A DNA stretch of 63,242 nt, the filler included, from Intoshia linei (lineage: Eukaryota > Animalia > Orthonectida), in NCBI GenBank assembly GCA_001642005.1. It is 4 parts of 4 records of this genome, joined end to end, with 100 filler letters (N's around TTAATTAATTAA, not from the genome) between each part and the next. Parts side by side here need not be neighbours in the genome. Positions count along the whole stretch, not along the records: positions 1 to 26,885 come from LWCA01000458.1; 3 more parts are not named here. The stretch is one strand, 5' to 3'. Below, one piece after another: positions 1 to 15,445 of the stretch. A model generated the notes under the pieces. The model did not search any database, was not told where the DNA came from, and saw only the letters and a list, made by a program, of their open reading frames with translations. A program made the translations under genes and the position numbers. Numbering within the stretch: position 1 is the first letter of the stretch; each line of letters begins with the position of its first letter.

Positions 1-397
1 TACACATTTCCAATAAAGAAATATGGGTGAAAATCTATATAATTCATTCCTTCAAAATTTTGTTAATATCATTTTTATATTCATTAAAATCCTTTGCAAT
101 ATAAATATATAAATATAAAAAAATAAATATAAAAATATAAATATAATAAAGTGCTGATTGCGTTAATTATTGATACATAATTGGTATTTTTAAGTATTAT
201 TATTTAATTATTTAATTAAATATACAAAAATGACAACCGATATGACAGTGTCATGATAATGTCACACTAATTATTAGTAATAATTAGTGTGTATAATTTA
301 TTAGTGTAATATTAAACAAATTAGTTTAATAGATGAATTGATTTTGATATAAATAATAGTTTATTAATTAAAACAAAGATATTCTCTTTTTGAAAAA

Positions 398-3300
398 ATG
401 AATTTTGATTTTGAAATTTCGAGTAGAATCGATAAAATTATTTGTAAAGGTGATTATAGTGATATAAAAGACCTGAGAGAAAATGAAACAAAGATAATAT
501 TGCCGTATTTAGTACAAATGTGTAAATCTCACAAAAATATGAACAAGTATTTTAAATGGAGAAGAGAAATGATGTGTTTTATTGGTAAACTGGACGAAAT
601 GAACATTGTACAACAAGTCTGTGGTGTACATAGGAATGAAATATTGAAAGAATTGCGAGAGTTGATGAATAAAAAAAGTGATTCTAGAGATTTAAATTCA
701 AAATTTTTGAAACAGTTGGACAAATCGGATAAATCTGATTTGGCAAAAACTATTGCAATTGTATTGTACAGTTTATACGATAAGACAGTATTGAATGAAT
801 TTAGACATGTATTAGAATTGATTCATTTGATGAGTTTAATTGGATACATTTATTGTATCTGGATTTTTTCATTCCCAGACATTTTCAACATGTACCAAGT
901 AGTTGAATCATTTTTGGATATAAAATGCGGTGCGAATTATCTCAGTTTAATAATATTAAATTACCCTTACATGTTTGACGTTTTGATTGAATATATAATC
1001 GATAATAGTTCTATTAACGAAAGAGAAAATGAAAATCATTACCAAGTTTTGCTGAACGTATTTTCTGCGTGTCCATCATTATATTTCAAAATTGTGTCAA
1101 CTTGTAAACAAACAAAAAAAATGCCGACACTTTTACTGAAATTGTTGTATGTTAATTCCTTGCGTGTGGCACAAAATATTACAGTAAAGGAAAAATTGGA
1201 AATTGTTTCAAGTTGTATTCAATTTTTTAAATTTTTAATTGATTTAAATTACATTTCTGGGTTTTGTTTGAATCAACTTAGACATAACATTGAATCAAGA
1301 ATTAATTTAAAGTCTACGTTTGTTATATTGTTGGATTTTATTCAAAATGATACTTTTGATACTGATTTGGAGATTAATTTAAAAATTATTGAATTATTGC
1401 AATGTTTTTATAAAATTGGACATTTATTATATGAAACAAATGATAAATGGTATTCCAACAATGTTGTTGTCATATTGAAAAGTTTTTCTATTCTCTACAT
1501 TTCAAAAAAAAATTTGACCAGTGAACAAGGCAAAATTGTACTAATTTCAAGCATAATTTTAATGTGTAAAAATTGCCTCGATTCAGAAAATTTTTTGTTG
1601 TCATTTTTTGAATTTCCAAAATTGAAACATTTTTATGTAACATGTTCAAGTTTAATTAAATGCAATCAAATTGATGTCGTCGTGTCTTTATTATCTAGAG
1701 AAGTATCATTCAATATTTCAAAGGAGCCAGATATTATCACCAAAATATCAATTTATTTCAACCCAGAAATGTCGACACAAAAACTTTTATTGTCATTTTT
1801 CGATCAAATGACTTTACCAACTTTATTGGACTGTTTTGTCATTGAATCGTTTTTAAAATTATGCAAATTGGACAGATTTGATGTTTGTCACATTTTTAAA
1901 TGGTTTTTGAATTTAAAAAATGTTTATAATTGTCAAGTATTTATTGATTCATTAATTTTATCCGAAAAAATTGTACCTTACGATATAAAATGTCTTGATA
2001 ATATTAAAATGTCAAAATTAATTGAAAATTCGGATATAGTCAATTTTAGTTTTTCTTATTACATTATCATCTTGCAAAATCTTGTCTATCATGTAATTAT
2101 GTGTGATTTGTATCACAAGAAGAAACTTTTAAACGTTGAAAAATTTTTATCTACTAATTTTATAGTTACAAAATTTACATTTCTACTTTCATACTTTATT
2201 TTATATTACAACGATTACATATCAAAAATGAAATTTGAAAATTTTTTCAATGGTTTTCTTGGAGTCAAAATTGGAAATGAACAAAATTTTGCGAAAATGC
2301 GATTTAAAAATATTTACGATTTTAATTTTTTAAAAAAATTTAATTTTTCTCTTATCATGCATTACTCTAAAAATGTTTGTGTGAAATCCAAAAATTATGC
2401 AAAATTTTATGAAGAATTGTCATCTCTAGTTAAAATCCAACATACCATTTCTTTTAAAATTTTGAGTATATCTAATGAAGCTTGTACTTTTAATTTTACC
2501 ATTTCACAAACTAGCCATTTCAATCGAAATTTTTTAGTTCAAAATTATAATTTAACTGTTGAACGTATTGAAAATTATTTCAAAAGGATTACGAAATGTC
2601 TTTTATTTGATGAAAAAACGTTTTATTATTATTTAAATTTTATTTACTTTCACAAGCACGTTTCTTTTCTGCAATATTGCCGTTTAATGGAAATTATTAG
2701 CAATCAAAGGTTTATTGTTCATTTACTCCAAAACTCAAATTCTAAAGAAAAAATTGTACAGATTATTACGAAAATGTGGTACAAGTGGCTTATTATTGAC
2801 ATTGAAGCAGTGTTCTGCATTTTACCATGTATCATTGAAATTAAATCAAATTATAATAATATTAAACAATATTTATCAAATCCAAGCATTATTCTTAATT
2901 ATACAAAATTACTTTACAATCACCCCACCTTGCTGAATTTTGTGATTCAATGGGAAAATATTTTGATTGCTAGTTCTATGGTCTATTCTAGTTTTATTTT
3001 AAAATTTTCGTCTGATCGAGCAAAGAAAAACACGCAAACTTGCTCCTCTGAAGAAATTTTTAATAAATTTTGCAGATGCATCAATGTAAATTCTCTTAAA
3101 ATCATTATAAATAACTTGTCTCATTTAAAAACCCATTCTACCAATGAAAAAATTTGTACAGAAATTTTGACTCAATTTATTCATAAAAAAATTGTGAAAA
3201 ATGTCGATTTAGCAAAATGCATTCATTTAAATGAAACTCTTTACCATAAAGACAATATTCAAATTCTCATTAAACATGTCGATTCTCTACATGTATGTTT

Positions 3301-3694
3301 TGATTATATTCCAGAAATGCTTCAAAGCACTAATGCGGAAATTATCATTTTTTCTGCTAAACTTCTCAGGCATTTAGTTGAAAGGTATAAAATTCAAAAA
3401 GCCGTTCATATTTCACAACTTTTTATTCAAGTTGTTTTTACTCTTGTGGAAATTCTTCCTTTTAATCAAAGGGATTATATTATTTTCAATATTCTAGAAG
3501 ATCTTACTCAAATTTCGTGTAATTTACCTTGTTTACGCCTTTGTATTATTTCTCTGTATAAACAACTTCATTCCATTTGGAACATGTATGAATCCAAATA
3601 TGAACGACAAAAGTTGTGTCCAATTCTCAGTAAAAATCTCGCCATTATTATTAAAAGTTCTAAAAACGAACTGACCTTGTCTATTAAAATTTAA
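398..3694 (+). CDS. INTS2: Integrator complex subunit 2 (single-exon, 1098 aa)
   Basis: Uninterrupted 1098-aa ORF. N-terminal ETKIILPYLVQM resembles INTS2 ELRLLLPCLVRM. C-terminal FIHKKIV...LAKCIH...VDSLHVCFDYIPEML resembles INTS2 LLHQMFI...LAKLVH...IPSMHICLDFIPEL. Comparison is from recalled sequence. Confidence 0.85.
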   Translation: MNFDFEISSRIDKIICKGDYSDIKDLRENETKIILPYLVQMCKSHKNMNKYFKWRREMMCFIGKLDEMNIVQQVCGVHRNEILKELRELMNKKSDSRDLNSKFLKQLDKSDKSDLAKTIAIVLYSLYDKTVLNEFRHVLELIHLMSLIGYIYCIWIFSFPDIFNMYQVVESFLDIKCGANYLSLIILNYPYMFDVLIEYIIDNSSINERENENHYQVLLNVFSACPSLYFKIVSTCKQTKKMPTLLLKLLYVNSLRVAQNITVKEKLEIVSSCIQFFKFLIDLNYISGFCLNQLRHNIESRINLKSTFVILLDFIQNDTFDTDLEINLKIIELLQCFYKIGHLLYETNDKWYSNNVVVILKSFSILYISKKNLTSEQGKIVLISSIILMCKNCLDSENFLLSFFEFPKLKHFYVTCSSLIKCNQIDVVVSLLSREVSFNISKEPDIITKISIYFNPEMSTQKLLLSFFDQMTLPTLLDCFVIESFLKLCKLDRFDVCHIFKWFLNLKNVYNCQVFIDSLILSEKIVPYDIKCLDNIKMSKLIENSDIVNFSFSYYIIILQNLVYHVIMCDLYHKKKLLNVEKFLSTNFIVTKFTFLLSYFILYYNDYISKMKFENFFNGFLGVKIGNEQNFAKMRFKNIYDFNFLKKFNFSLIMHYSKNVCVKSKNYAKFYEELSSLVKIQHTISFKILSISNEACTFNFTISQTSHFNRNFLVQNYNLTVERIENYFKRITKCLLFDEKTFYYYLNFIYFHKHVSFLQYCRLMEIISNQRFIVHLLQNSNSKEKIVQIITKMWYKWLIIDIEAVFCILPCIIEIKSNYNNIKQYLSNPSIILNYTKLLYNHPTLLNFVIQWENILIASSMVYSSFILKFSSDRAKKNTQTCSSEEIFNKFCRCINVNSLKIIINNLSHLKTHSTNEKICTEILTQFIHKKIVKNVDLAKCIHLNETLYHKDNIQILIKHVDSLHVCFDYIPEMLQSTNAEIIIFSAKLLRHLVERYKIQKAVHISQLFIQVVFTLVEILPFNQRDYIIFNILEDLTQISCNLPCLRLCIISLYKQLHSIWNMYESKYERQKLCPILSKNLAIIIKSSKNELTLSIKI

Positions 3695-4044
3695 ATATTT
3701 TATCTTATTTTGAGGTCATTTTATCATACAAATGGTGGGTAGTTGTAACAAAATGAGTAGCAGAACATATTGAATAATGTAATGTATTCAATGCTATTAA
3801 CCTATACAATTTGGTACACTTAATCGTCAAAATGGTACTCAATGTATTGAATATGGGGTTATCAGTTGTAATATTAAATACAATCATTGTTTCCATGATT
3901 TATACGATTATTTTTGTACATATCATTTTTATTGCATATTAATCCTATTGATGAATTAATCAATATTTATAATAAGCAATATAGTCATTTAATCATTGAA
4001 ATTTTATTATCAAAGACTACTGAAACTACGGTATATTTATTTTT

Positions 4045-4690
4045 GAGAATATTCTTAAACCCAACCATTTTTACTAAAATCCAATTATTTTTACTTAAAT
4101 CTAACCATTTTTACTAAAAATGCACTTTTACAAATTCTTAAGGAAAAATCCAAATTTTACCAACTCTAATGGTAAAACCCACTTTTACCAACCTTTAATG
4201 GAAAAATTTGGTTTTAAAAGCCTTTTAGGGAAAATTCCAGTTTTACCAACCCTTATGGGAAAACCGACTTTTACCAACATTTTATGTGAAAAAAAATGTA
4301 AACAGCGTGCTTGAAGGGCTGAATTTTCTGAAACAAACATGCAAAAAGAAAAGTAAACAGTGTATAATTCAAACAATTACGACTGACGAAGGCGAGGCAT
4401 ATAAAAAAATATGGAAACCCTTGGTAGTTCCACCATATGGATTAACTGTTGGTTTCATGTGAAAACTTTAATTGAATCTGATGCTTCCGAGATAACTTGT
4501 TTATCAGTAATCTTTTTATTTGGGAACTTCATTTTGTTTTGTTTGTGATATTGAGTTTTTATGAGATACTCCGTAATTCTGAAAAACTGGATTTTTCCCT
4601 TAAAGGTTGGTAAATCTGGAATTTTCTCTACAGCGTTTTTAAAACCAAATTTTCCTTTTTAGGGTTGATAAAACTGGAATTTATTTTTGG
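4045..4690. mobile_element. Mutator-like foldback element with ~30-bp subterminal repeats and a MULE transposase remnant
   Basis: Starts GAGAATATTCTTAAACCC. Tandem TTTTACCAACCCTTA..GGAAAAATCC units run 4060-4280 and recur inverted at 4580-4685. The core reads ITTDEGEAYKK then, after a frameshift, TIWINCWFHV (D...CxxH, as in MULE transposases). Right boundary approximate. Confidence 0.65.
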
Positions 4691-5012
4691 TCTATTAATC
4701 AAAATTATACAATTCTGTGAAATAGCCATTATTAAACAAACTATACTTTTTTGGGTAGCGTAACGTATAAGCGTTTATGATCTTAAAGGATTCAATTTTT
4801 GAAAGTGAAATTTGCGATAAAATATCACTATCGAAAAACTGTAATAGAAATATGGAATTTTTAAAACTCGACTCCTTTTACTTTTTTAAAAAAACAGAAA
4901 AATAAATAAACAGACATACACTTGTAATAAATAAATATAAATTTTACAGCAAAATGATAATGAAAATATTCATACTAAAATTTAAAAAAAAATGTGCATT
5001 GAACGTCTACAC

Positions 5013-5719
5013 TAGGGATGCCTAACCTGTCGATCGCCAAAATTAAACAATTAAAATTAATTTTTGATTAAATAATACTTGTTATTAAAATGATAGATAT
5101 TTCAAAACAAATCCAAAAATAGATCTTTGTTGACGGATTCACATCTAACTGCTTCATTTAAGTTATCATTGACAAGCTATGCTTGGATCAGTAAAACGTA
5201 CGAACAGAAAAATTATAGAGAAAATCCGTATTTTGTCTAATAAGGATAGAGATAATTGGGATCTGACAATTCTTAAAATTCAATTGAAAAAATAGCTAAT
5301 TAAATTTAATTCCAACCATCTTACTAATTATTTACAAATAATAATATTTTTATTAAATTGTTTTTATGGAGTGGTAACGGAACTTTAGTTACTTAACCCC
5401 CTATTTTGCAATATTATTAAATAATATACTTGCCACATTACATTATAATATTTGGATGAGTCCACTATTCCTTAAACTAGGTTTTGTCGATAATTTATAA
5501 ATATACAGTGAAAGTGCTTCGAATTATTCCGAATTTTAATTTTTATGTTTTTTACGATCATACAAAAAATATTTAGTTTAACATTTTTTATTGGGTTCCG
5601 ATCGATTGGGTTTATTATTATTTCCGATCATAAACAATTTTCTAGCCAATGTATTAGTCGATCGCCACTCATTGAAAAATTTTAAAGTCGATTGAATCAA
5701 AAGAAAGTTGACAACCCTG
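5013..5719. mobile_element. hAT-type MITE inserted in a Helitron-like repeat
   Basis: TIRs TAGGGATGCCTAAC...GTTGACAACCCTG; flanks GTCTACAC/TTTTACAC; a related copy lies in opposite orientation at 11610-12037. Confidence 0.7.
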
Positions 5720-5937
5720 TTTTACACATTTGCAATATTGAGACATGGGTCGAAATATCATGATTAATTCCTTCGATTTTTTCATTATCAATAAGTTTAA
5801 TATCTCTACTTTCATATTACATTGATTTTTTTCAAAATATATGAGTAATTAATATCTAATTAACATTATTAAAATTACACGATCTGTATCTTTCAATCTG
5901 GAATACAAAAAATACGATTTTAAGTATTACAATAAAG

Positions 5938-6580
5938 CTACTGTCTTTTCTCGATTATAAAAAGTTTTCTTATATTCGCAAGTAGAAGGAAAAATGCTTA
6001 TAATCAAAAACAAGCACACTTTTAAAAATATATAAAATAAAATACTAAAAGTTTGCTTTAATATTTTAAAAACTCGTTAAATTAGTATTACATTACATCT
6101 TGGGGTATTCTCAAAATTTATTTGTTTGAGATAATACTTATAAATCAAATAAATAACAATATAGTCTTATATTTTGTTTAATTGTTATTTCTGTTGATTC
6201 TTAATAAAGAAATTACTAATACTAAATAAAGATTTTTAAAAACTTAAATACATCATTGATAATGAGTACATTGAAAATATTAAAAACACGTCCGAATCAA
6301 CTTATTTTAATAAATTTTTGGTTGCTTCTAAAAAATTTGAAATTCAGATTACATTAAACAAATTGCATAAAAAAGCATATTATATGGTAAAAGCAAAACT
6401 TCTAAATTAGACATTATATTGTTTGAAAGAAATTATTTTTTAAAAATAAATTGGTATGTTGTCTACTTTTTGTTTAAAATTCTTTCTTTCAAATACAAGC
6501 AGAAACTGCTTATATTCAAATTTTATATGGTTAAAAATTTGTATTTCAAAGGTCTGCTTATAATTGAGAAAAGACAGTAG
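5938..6580. mobile_element. MITE with ~23-bp terminal inverted repeats
   Basis: CTACTGTCTTTTCTCGATTATAA at the left end, TTATAATTGAGAAAAGACAGTAG at the right end; similar flanks (TACAATAAAG/TTCAATAAAT). Confidence 0.6.
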
Positions 6581-7006
6581 TTCAATAAATTTAATTTAAT
6601 GAGAATTGACTGGTCAATGGTGAAATAAGTTTGGGAACCACACCTTCATCCGAAATGCATAAAAGAACAAGAAATTATGACTATAGGTATTTATATTTTA
6701 TTTTTTCTGGAGTTCATGTTATGACGATTTTTTAGGGTTTTAACTATAATTCGATTGTTTAGAAGTCATAACCTCATTGTCTATAATAAATTGAAAACCG
6801 ACCTTCGACAGAGCAGAGACTTTTTGTACGAAGTAAATAACATCAAATATAGTTATTATGATAATTATTAAAAAAAATGTTATCGTTACAATTATAATTT
6901 ATATTAAAATAAATCATAATTTAAAATTTAATAAACTTTGTATAGCTACTAAATCAATAAGGAAAGCTGAAATACTAAATAAATACATATTATTTAACTT
7001 TGTATA

Positions 7007-10841
<3,835 letters not shown>

Positions 10842-10845
10842 ATTT

Positions 10846-13800
10846 TTATTTTATAATTTCCTTGGATAGAATGTTATATGTACATTTCTTTTTATGGAAG
10901 AATGGGTCAGTTACGTCTGTCTTGTAACTAAAAATTGTATTAGTAATAAATCACCTTTTTCAATCTTACCCTCTTTTGATGTAAAATGAAATGGCAACCA
11001 TATTGCTTTTGAACACAGTTAGAACAATTTTTGTTTGTTTGGTACTAATTTATAAGTATTAAGCCAGTTTAAATGCAATACTGATCAATTGTAATTAGGA
11101 CTTGAAAGTTCCACATGAATCAAATATAAAACTAGGAGTCGATTCGAATCGATTCAACAATCCAAGATGCATCAAGTAAAAGTAAAAATTGCTAAAAATG
11201 TGTGTGTCTGTAACCATTTGCTAACATTTATTCAGAAAACCGATGTATCGCAAATTTCGAAAACCAAAATTCAAGGTCAATTTTTTCCAGTCAAGAAACT
11301 TTAATAATATAACATAAATTTACAAATTGGGACCTTCTCGACCAAAACCCGAAATTAGCTTTATTTTAATTCTTAACTTAAGTCTCAGAATCTTAAAAAC
11401 CACAAACTTTAAGCAACTTTTAAAAACATGAGCATCATTATAAATTTCAAACTTACATCTTCACGGCCAAAATATTAAATTACCCTTTATTTTGAAAAAT
11501 GGAAAAAATCACAAATAATGCAGTCATGACAGGTTAACATACAGAAAAATTACTATTAAATTGCCTCCATTCCAAATCTTTACAAACGTTGTACTCATGT
11601 AATGTATATCAGGGGTGCCCAACCTTTTTTTAATGCATAGACTTTAAAATTTTTCAATGAGTGGTGATCGACTAATACATTGACTAGAAAAATGTTTCTG
11701 ATCGGAACATATTTCAAAACAATGTTTAACAAAATATTTTTAGAGTGATCGTAGAAAACAAAAATTAAAATTCGGAATAATTCCAAGTACTTTTGCTGCA
11801 TATTTGAAAATTATCGGCAAAACCTAGTTTAAGAAATAGTGGACTAATTTATTTATTAAATAACGATTTAAACAAGTTACATCTTATTTATTGAAATGTG
11901 TACAAATTTTATAAAATAAAAAAAAATAAATTATATATATCAATATTAAACTAGATATCATTTTAATAAGGAGTATTATAAAAATAAAAAATTAATTCTA
12001 ATTTTTAATTTTGGCGATCGACAAGTTAGGCATGCTGGTGTATACTATGGTACTGTACCTCTTCTTGTTAGGTTGGGATTGACAAAATTTTTGTAAACTG
12101 GGGACCTCGTTTTACAAATAGAGCATTTAAAAAAATATTAAATTTTTCAAAAGCATACCTATCAAATCCAAAGTTTGGAGACCCGTGGAGATGTGGCTAG
12201 GAGTTATATGACATTACGCATCATTTATGAATTTTTTGAGGGTCCATTTTTTATTTTAGATGCACCAAGAGCAATTAAAATTAACGTAACTCACGAAAGT
12301 TTCATTGTTTAACATTTAACATTTTATAAAAACGAAAAAATATTTATACAAAAAAAAAAATTCATAATATAATTACAGTATTGAAAACCAAAACCAAGTA
12401 TGTCACGACGAGCTATACACGCAGTATACCTCCAAGATTTATAAAGTCCAATAATTCAAGTTTATCGATAAATATATAAAAATATAAATATCTATTTTAA
12501 AATTACGTATAAGCTATTTTTTCAATGATATCTGCTAATAAAGACCCATAGCCTAGTTTTACGTAATAAGGTGAAACATGCAATTCTGAACTAAAAATTA
12601 AAACTAAGTAACAATTGGTGGCATAATAAACAAAAAAATACAATGTTTTGATATTTATATACTTTTTAAAATTAAAACAAATTAAATGTATTAATTTCCA
12701 GTTTCACTAAAGCAGTGACCACCAAACCTTTTGACATGGGGGCCGGAATAACTAAAAAAGATCCGCGGGTAGATGGACAATATACATGACGGATAACCGT
12801 CATTGACGGTACAATTTAAATTACAATATAAAATTTAAGTTTATGAATTAATAAGTTTCTCATGATCTTAAAATGACAAGTCGATAATATATGATAATTT
12901 GTAAGATATCACCGGTGTAATTCGCGGGCCGGATAAAATTCAATTGCGGTCCGGATTTGGCCAGCGGGTCGTAGTTTGATGGCCACTGCAGTAAATAATT
13001 ATTATTTAATAACACTAACCCCTAGATCAATCTTATATTTATATTTGAAAATGGGTGTCTACTTAAATCCAACAATTTATACTAAAAATAAAATTTACAA
13101 AGCCTTTAGGGAAAATTTCTGTTTACTAAAACTTAGCGGAAAAATCCAGTTTTACCAACATAACAGGAAAAATTGAGTCTTTAATTTTATCATATTTTAA
13201 TTAATAATATATTTAATTAATATTGGTACTATTGGATTGATTAAGGTTGGTAAAAGTGGATTGATTCCCTTAAGGGTTGGTAAAATTGCCATTTTCAGTT
13301 AAGAATTTGTGAAATCGAATTTTTCCCTTAGGGGTTTGTAAAGTGGATTTTCCCTTAAAGATTGTTAAAAGTTAATTTTTAGTATAAATTTAGTTTAAGA
13401 ATATTCTCTTTGATAATTAAAATTATACAATTAAAATAAAATTTTGTATAACATTAACAATTTACCTATAAATTTATTATGACGATTAATTGGTGTCTTA
13501 CCAGTATAAAATGGGCTTTCGTGTCGTTTCACACTTTTCAAAATCAAATAAAACGAATCCCATAATATCCTGTACATTGTCTTCCAAAAGAATTGCATGA
13601 TTGTTATGTTCTACAATTTCTTTACGTTTATCGTCGTTCGACCATCCCCAACCTGATTCCATGTAACTAAATACAATATAGGTTACATATTTTTTTCATT
13701 CTCATTAACTTTATATTGTCATATATCATACTCTGGACAATCACACCGTTTTCGGTCCAGATAAATGGGTAATTTGACCACTAGTGTGAACTGGAGATAG

Positions 13801-14421
13801 CTGTATCAAATGTAATTTTTTTTAAATTCTAGGACTATTTTTATTTTTAAAAAACTGGGCAATCTGGGGTTTGATCGTGAAAGTGGACATTTTTGGGTTT
13901 TCGATTTATGATAATGTTTATGATTTTCAAACTATCCTACAATTTATGCTGTATAAAAATCTGGTACATTATTTATTTTTAAAAAAAAAGGGTAAGTTGT
14001 GGTTTTGGCGTGAAGACATAAGATTTTGAAATTGAACTTTATCATAATGTTGATAATTTTAAAATTTTTATTGGATTGTGTATTTTTTAACATTCTAGGA
14101 GTGGTTTGAATTTTAAAAAAAAAAAAATCAGGGTTTTTCACCTTGAAGAATTTCAATTTCAATTTCTGAATATTTTCATATTCAAATTTCACACGACACT
14201 GGTTATTAATAAATAAGAAATTACTCTGCATATAAATTTGTCTTGATAAGATCGACACATTTTTGGACGCATTTGGAATTCATGTATCGACCGTATCTAT
14301 GGCGTATATCATGAGGCTGGTTTAATGTATTTCTTTTTATCCCACCAGACGAATTAGTGCAAAAGATTAATACATCGTTTAATGTATCTTGAATTACATT
14401 ACAAACATTTTCATTGTCCAT
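10846..14421 (-). CDS. NAA40: N-alpha-acetyltransferase 40 (NatD), 5 exons (14421-14225, 13666-13502, 12590-12507, 11044-10970, 10927-10846), ~200 aa
   Basis: Spliced translation: CVDLIKTNL..DYMESGWGWSNDDKRKE..MGFVLFDFE..ILYCSELHV....KLGYGSLL..KIVLTVFKSNMVAISFY..TYNILSK. This matches the NAA40 motifs WGW...KREE, VLYCYEVQL, GLG, VMLTVFKHN and YEILS. Phases are consistent (603 nt). Confidence 0.92.
11610..12037. mobile_element. hAT MITE (same family as 5013-5719) in a NAA40 intron
   Basis: CAGGGGTGCCCAAC...GTTAGGCATGCTG; TSD ATGTATAT/GTGTATAC; internal sequence is the reverse complement of parts of 5013-5719. Confidence 0.7.
12713..12987. mobile_element. hAT MITE in a NAA40 intron
   Basis: CAGTGACCCACCAAAC...GTTTGATGGCCACTG with GCGGGCCGGAT subterminal motifs; flanks CACTAAAG/CAGTAAAT. 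Confidence 0.65.
13053..13408. mobile_element. Mutator-like foldback MITE in a NAA40 intron
   Basis: GGGTGTCTACTTAAATCC...GTTTAAGAATATTCTC, the inverted orientation of the 7533 copy; 9-bp TSD TTTGAAAAT/TTTGATAAT. Confidence 0.75.
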
Positions 14422-14644
14422 TCACGCTATTTGATTCCAAAGATTTGAATTTATTGAAAATATTATAGTTCATATTTAGTGGCGTTGATTTGGTAACATT
14501 AAACTGGATTTTATGAATTTCTTAAAGTGACCAGAAAATATATACAATCACTTTTAGTTTATTTGGAATAAGCTTTATTATAATGCATATAATAATAAGC
14601 TGCAAATTTTTTTCATCATCATAAATAAGTAGTTTTGGCTCTGT

Positions 14645-14925
14645 TAAAAGTTTGGTTAGAAAAAAATCTTAAAAAACTACCTTGAAAATTTGGTTATAAA
14701 CAATCTTAAAAACTCCCTTGAAAGGTTCATGAAAAAGAAATCTTATAATCCCCTGAAAGTTTGGTTAAAAAAACATATCTTAAAAACCTCCTTGAAAGTT
14801 TGGTTAGAAAAATTCTTATAAAGCCTTTAAAATTATATTAACAAAAGATATTTTAAAAACCTCCCTAAAAGTTTGGTTAAACAAAAAATATATATGCGAA
14901 ATAATTTTAACAAAGCCTTTGAAAA
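14645..14925. repeat. ~37-40 bp tandem minisatellite (~7 degenerate units)
   Basis: Repeated GAAAGTTTGGTTA(G/A)AAAAAATCTTAAAAACCTCCTT units. Confidence 0.7.
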
Positions 14926-15445
14926 AAGCGAGAATTTACACAAAAAACTTTACAAATTGACATATGTAATCGGTGCACCCACAACTTGTGGATCACTTTT
15001 TAACAAAAAATAATCCTAAAAAATTGAATATACCAAGACTAAATAGATATAAAAGTATCATAAGCTGGGCGAATACAAGAGGCTAGTTAATCGGTGCGAG
15101 CAAGCGAGCAATATTTTTTAGGGTGTCTCTTTTAATATCAAGGGGTCTAGTTTGATTTTAAAGCGTCTCTTCTAGTTTCATTTAAAGGTTGTTATACAAT
15201 AGTTTCCAAATTTGCATTTTTCCGCAAAAATAAAAAAAAATAATCAGCACAAAAAAAAGAGAAATTAATTTTGTTCATTAAATAATCTTAAGTTAATTAG
15301 GTCCAGTCTTCTTAGATAAATTAATGTAAATTCATTAACCAACATTAACATTACAACATTATAAAACATTAATTAAAAATTTAGGGGGTGCAACTGCCTT
15401 TTTGCACCCAATTAAAAATAATAATTTAATACAAATTGTACAATT

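Noticed and set aside
3705-3896. 63-aa minus-strand ORF ending 10 bp from the INTS2 stop
   Set aside because: No recognisable motif and no phase-consistent upstream exons found; cannot be supported without RNA data.
11048-11210. Possible extra NAA40 exon or TGA-readthrough frame
   Set aside because: All frames contain stops, NAA40 splices completely without it, and other genes here use TGA as a normal stop.
14484-14497. X-box (RFX)-like GTTGATTTGGTAAC upstream of NAA40
   Set aside because: Imperfect match, and NAA40 is not a known ciliary target; not distinguishable from chance.
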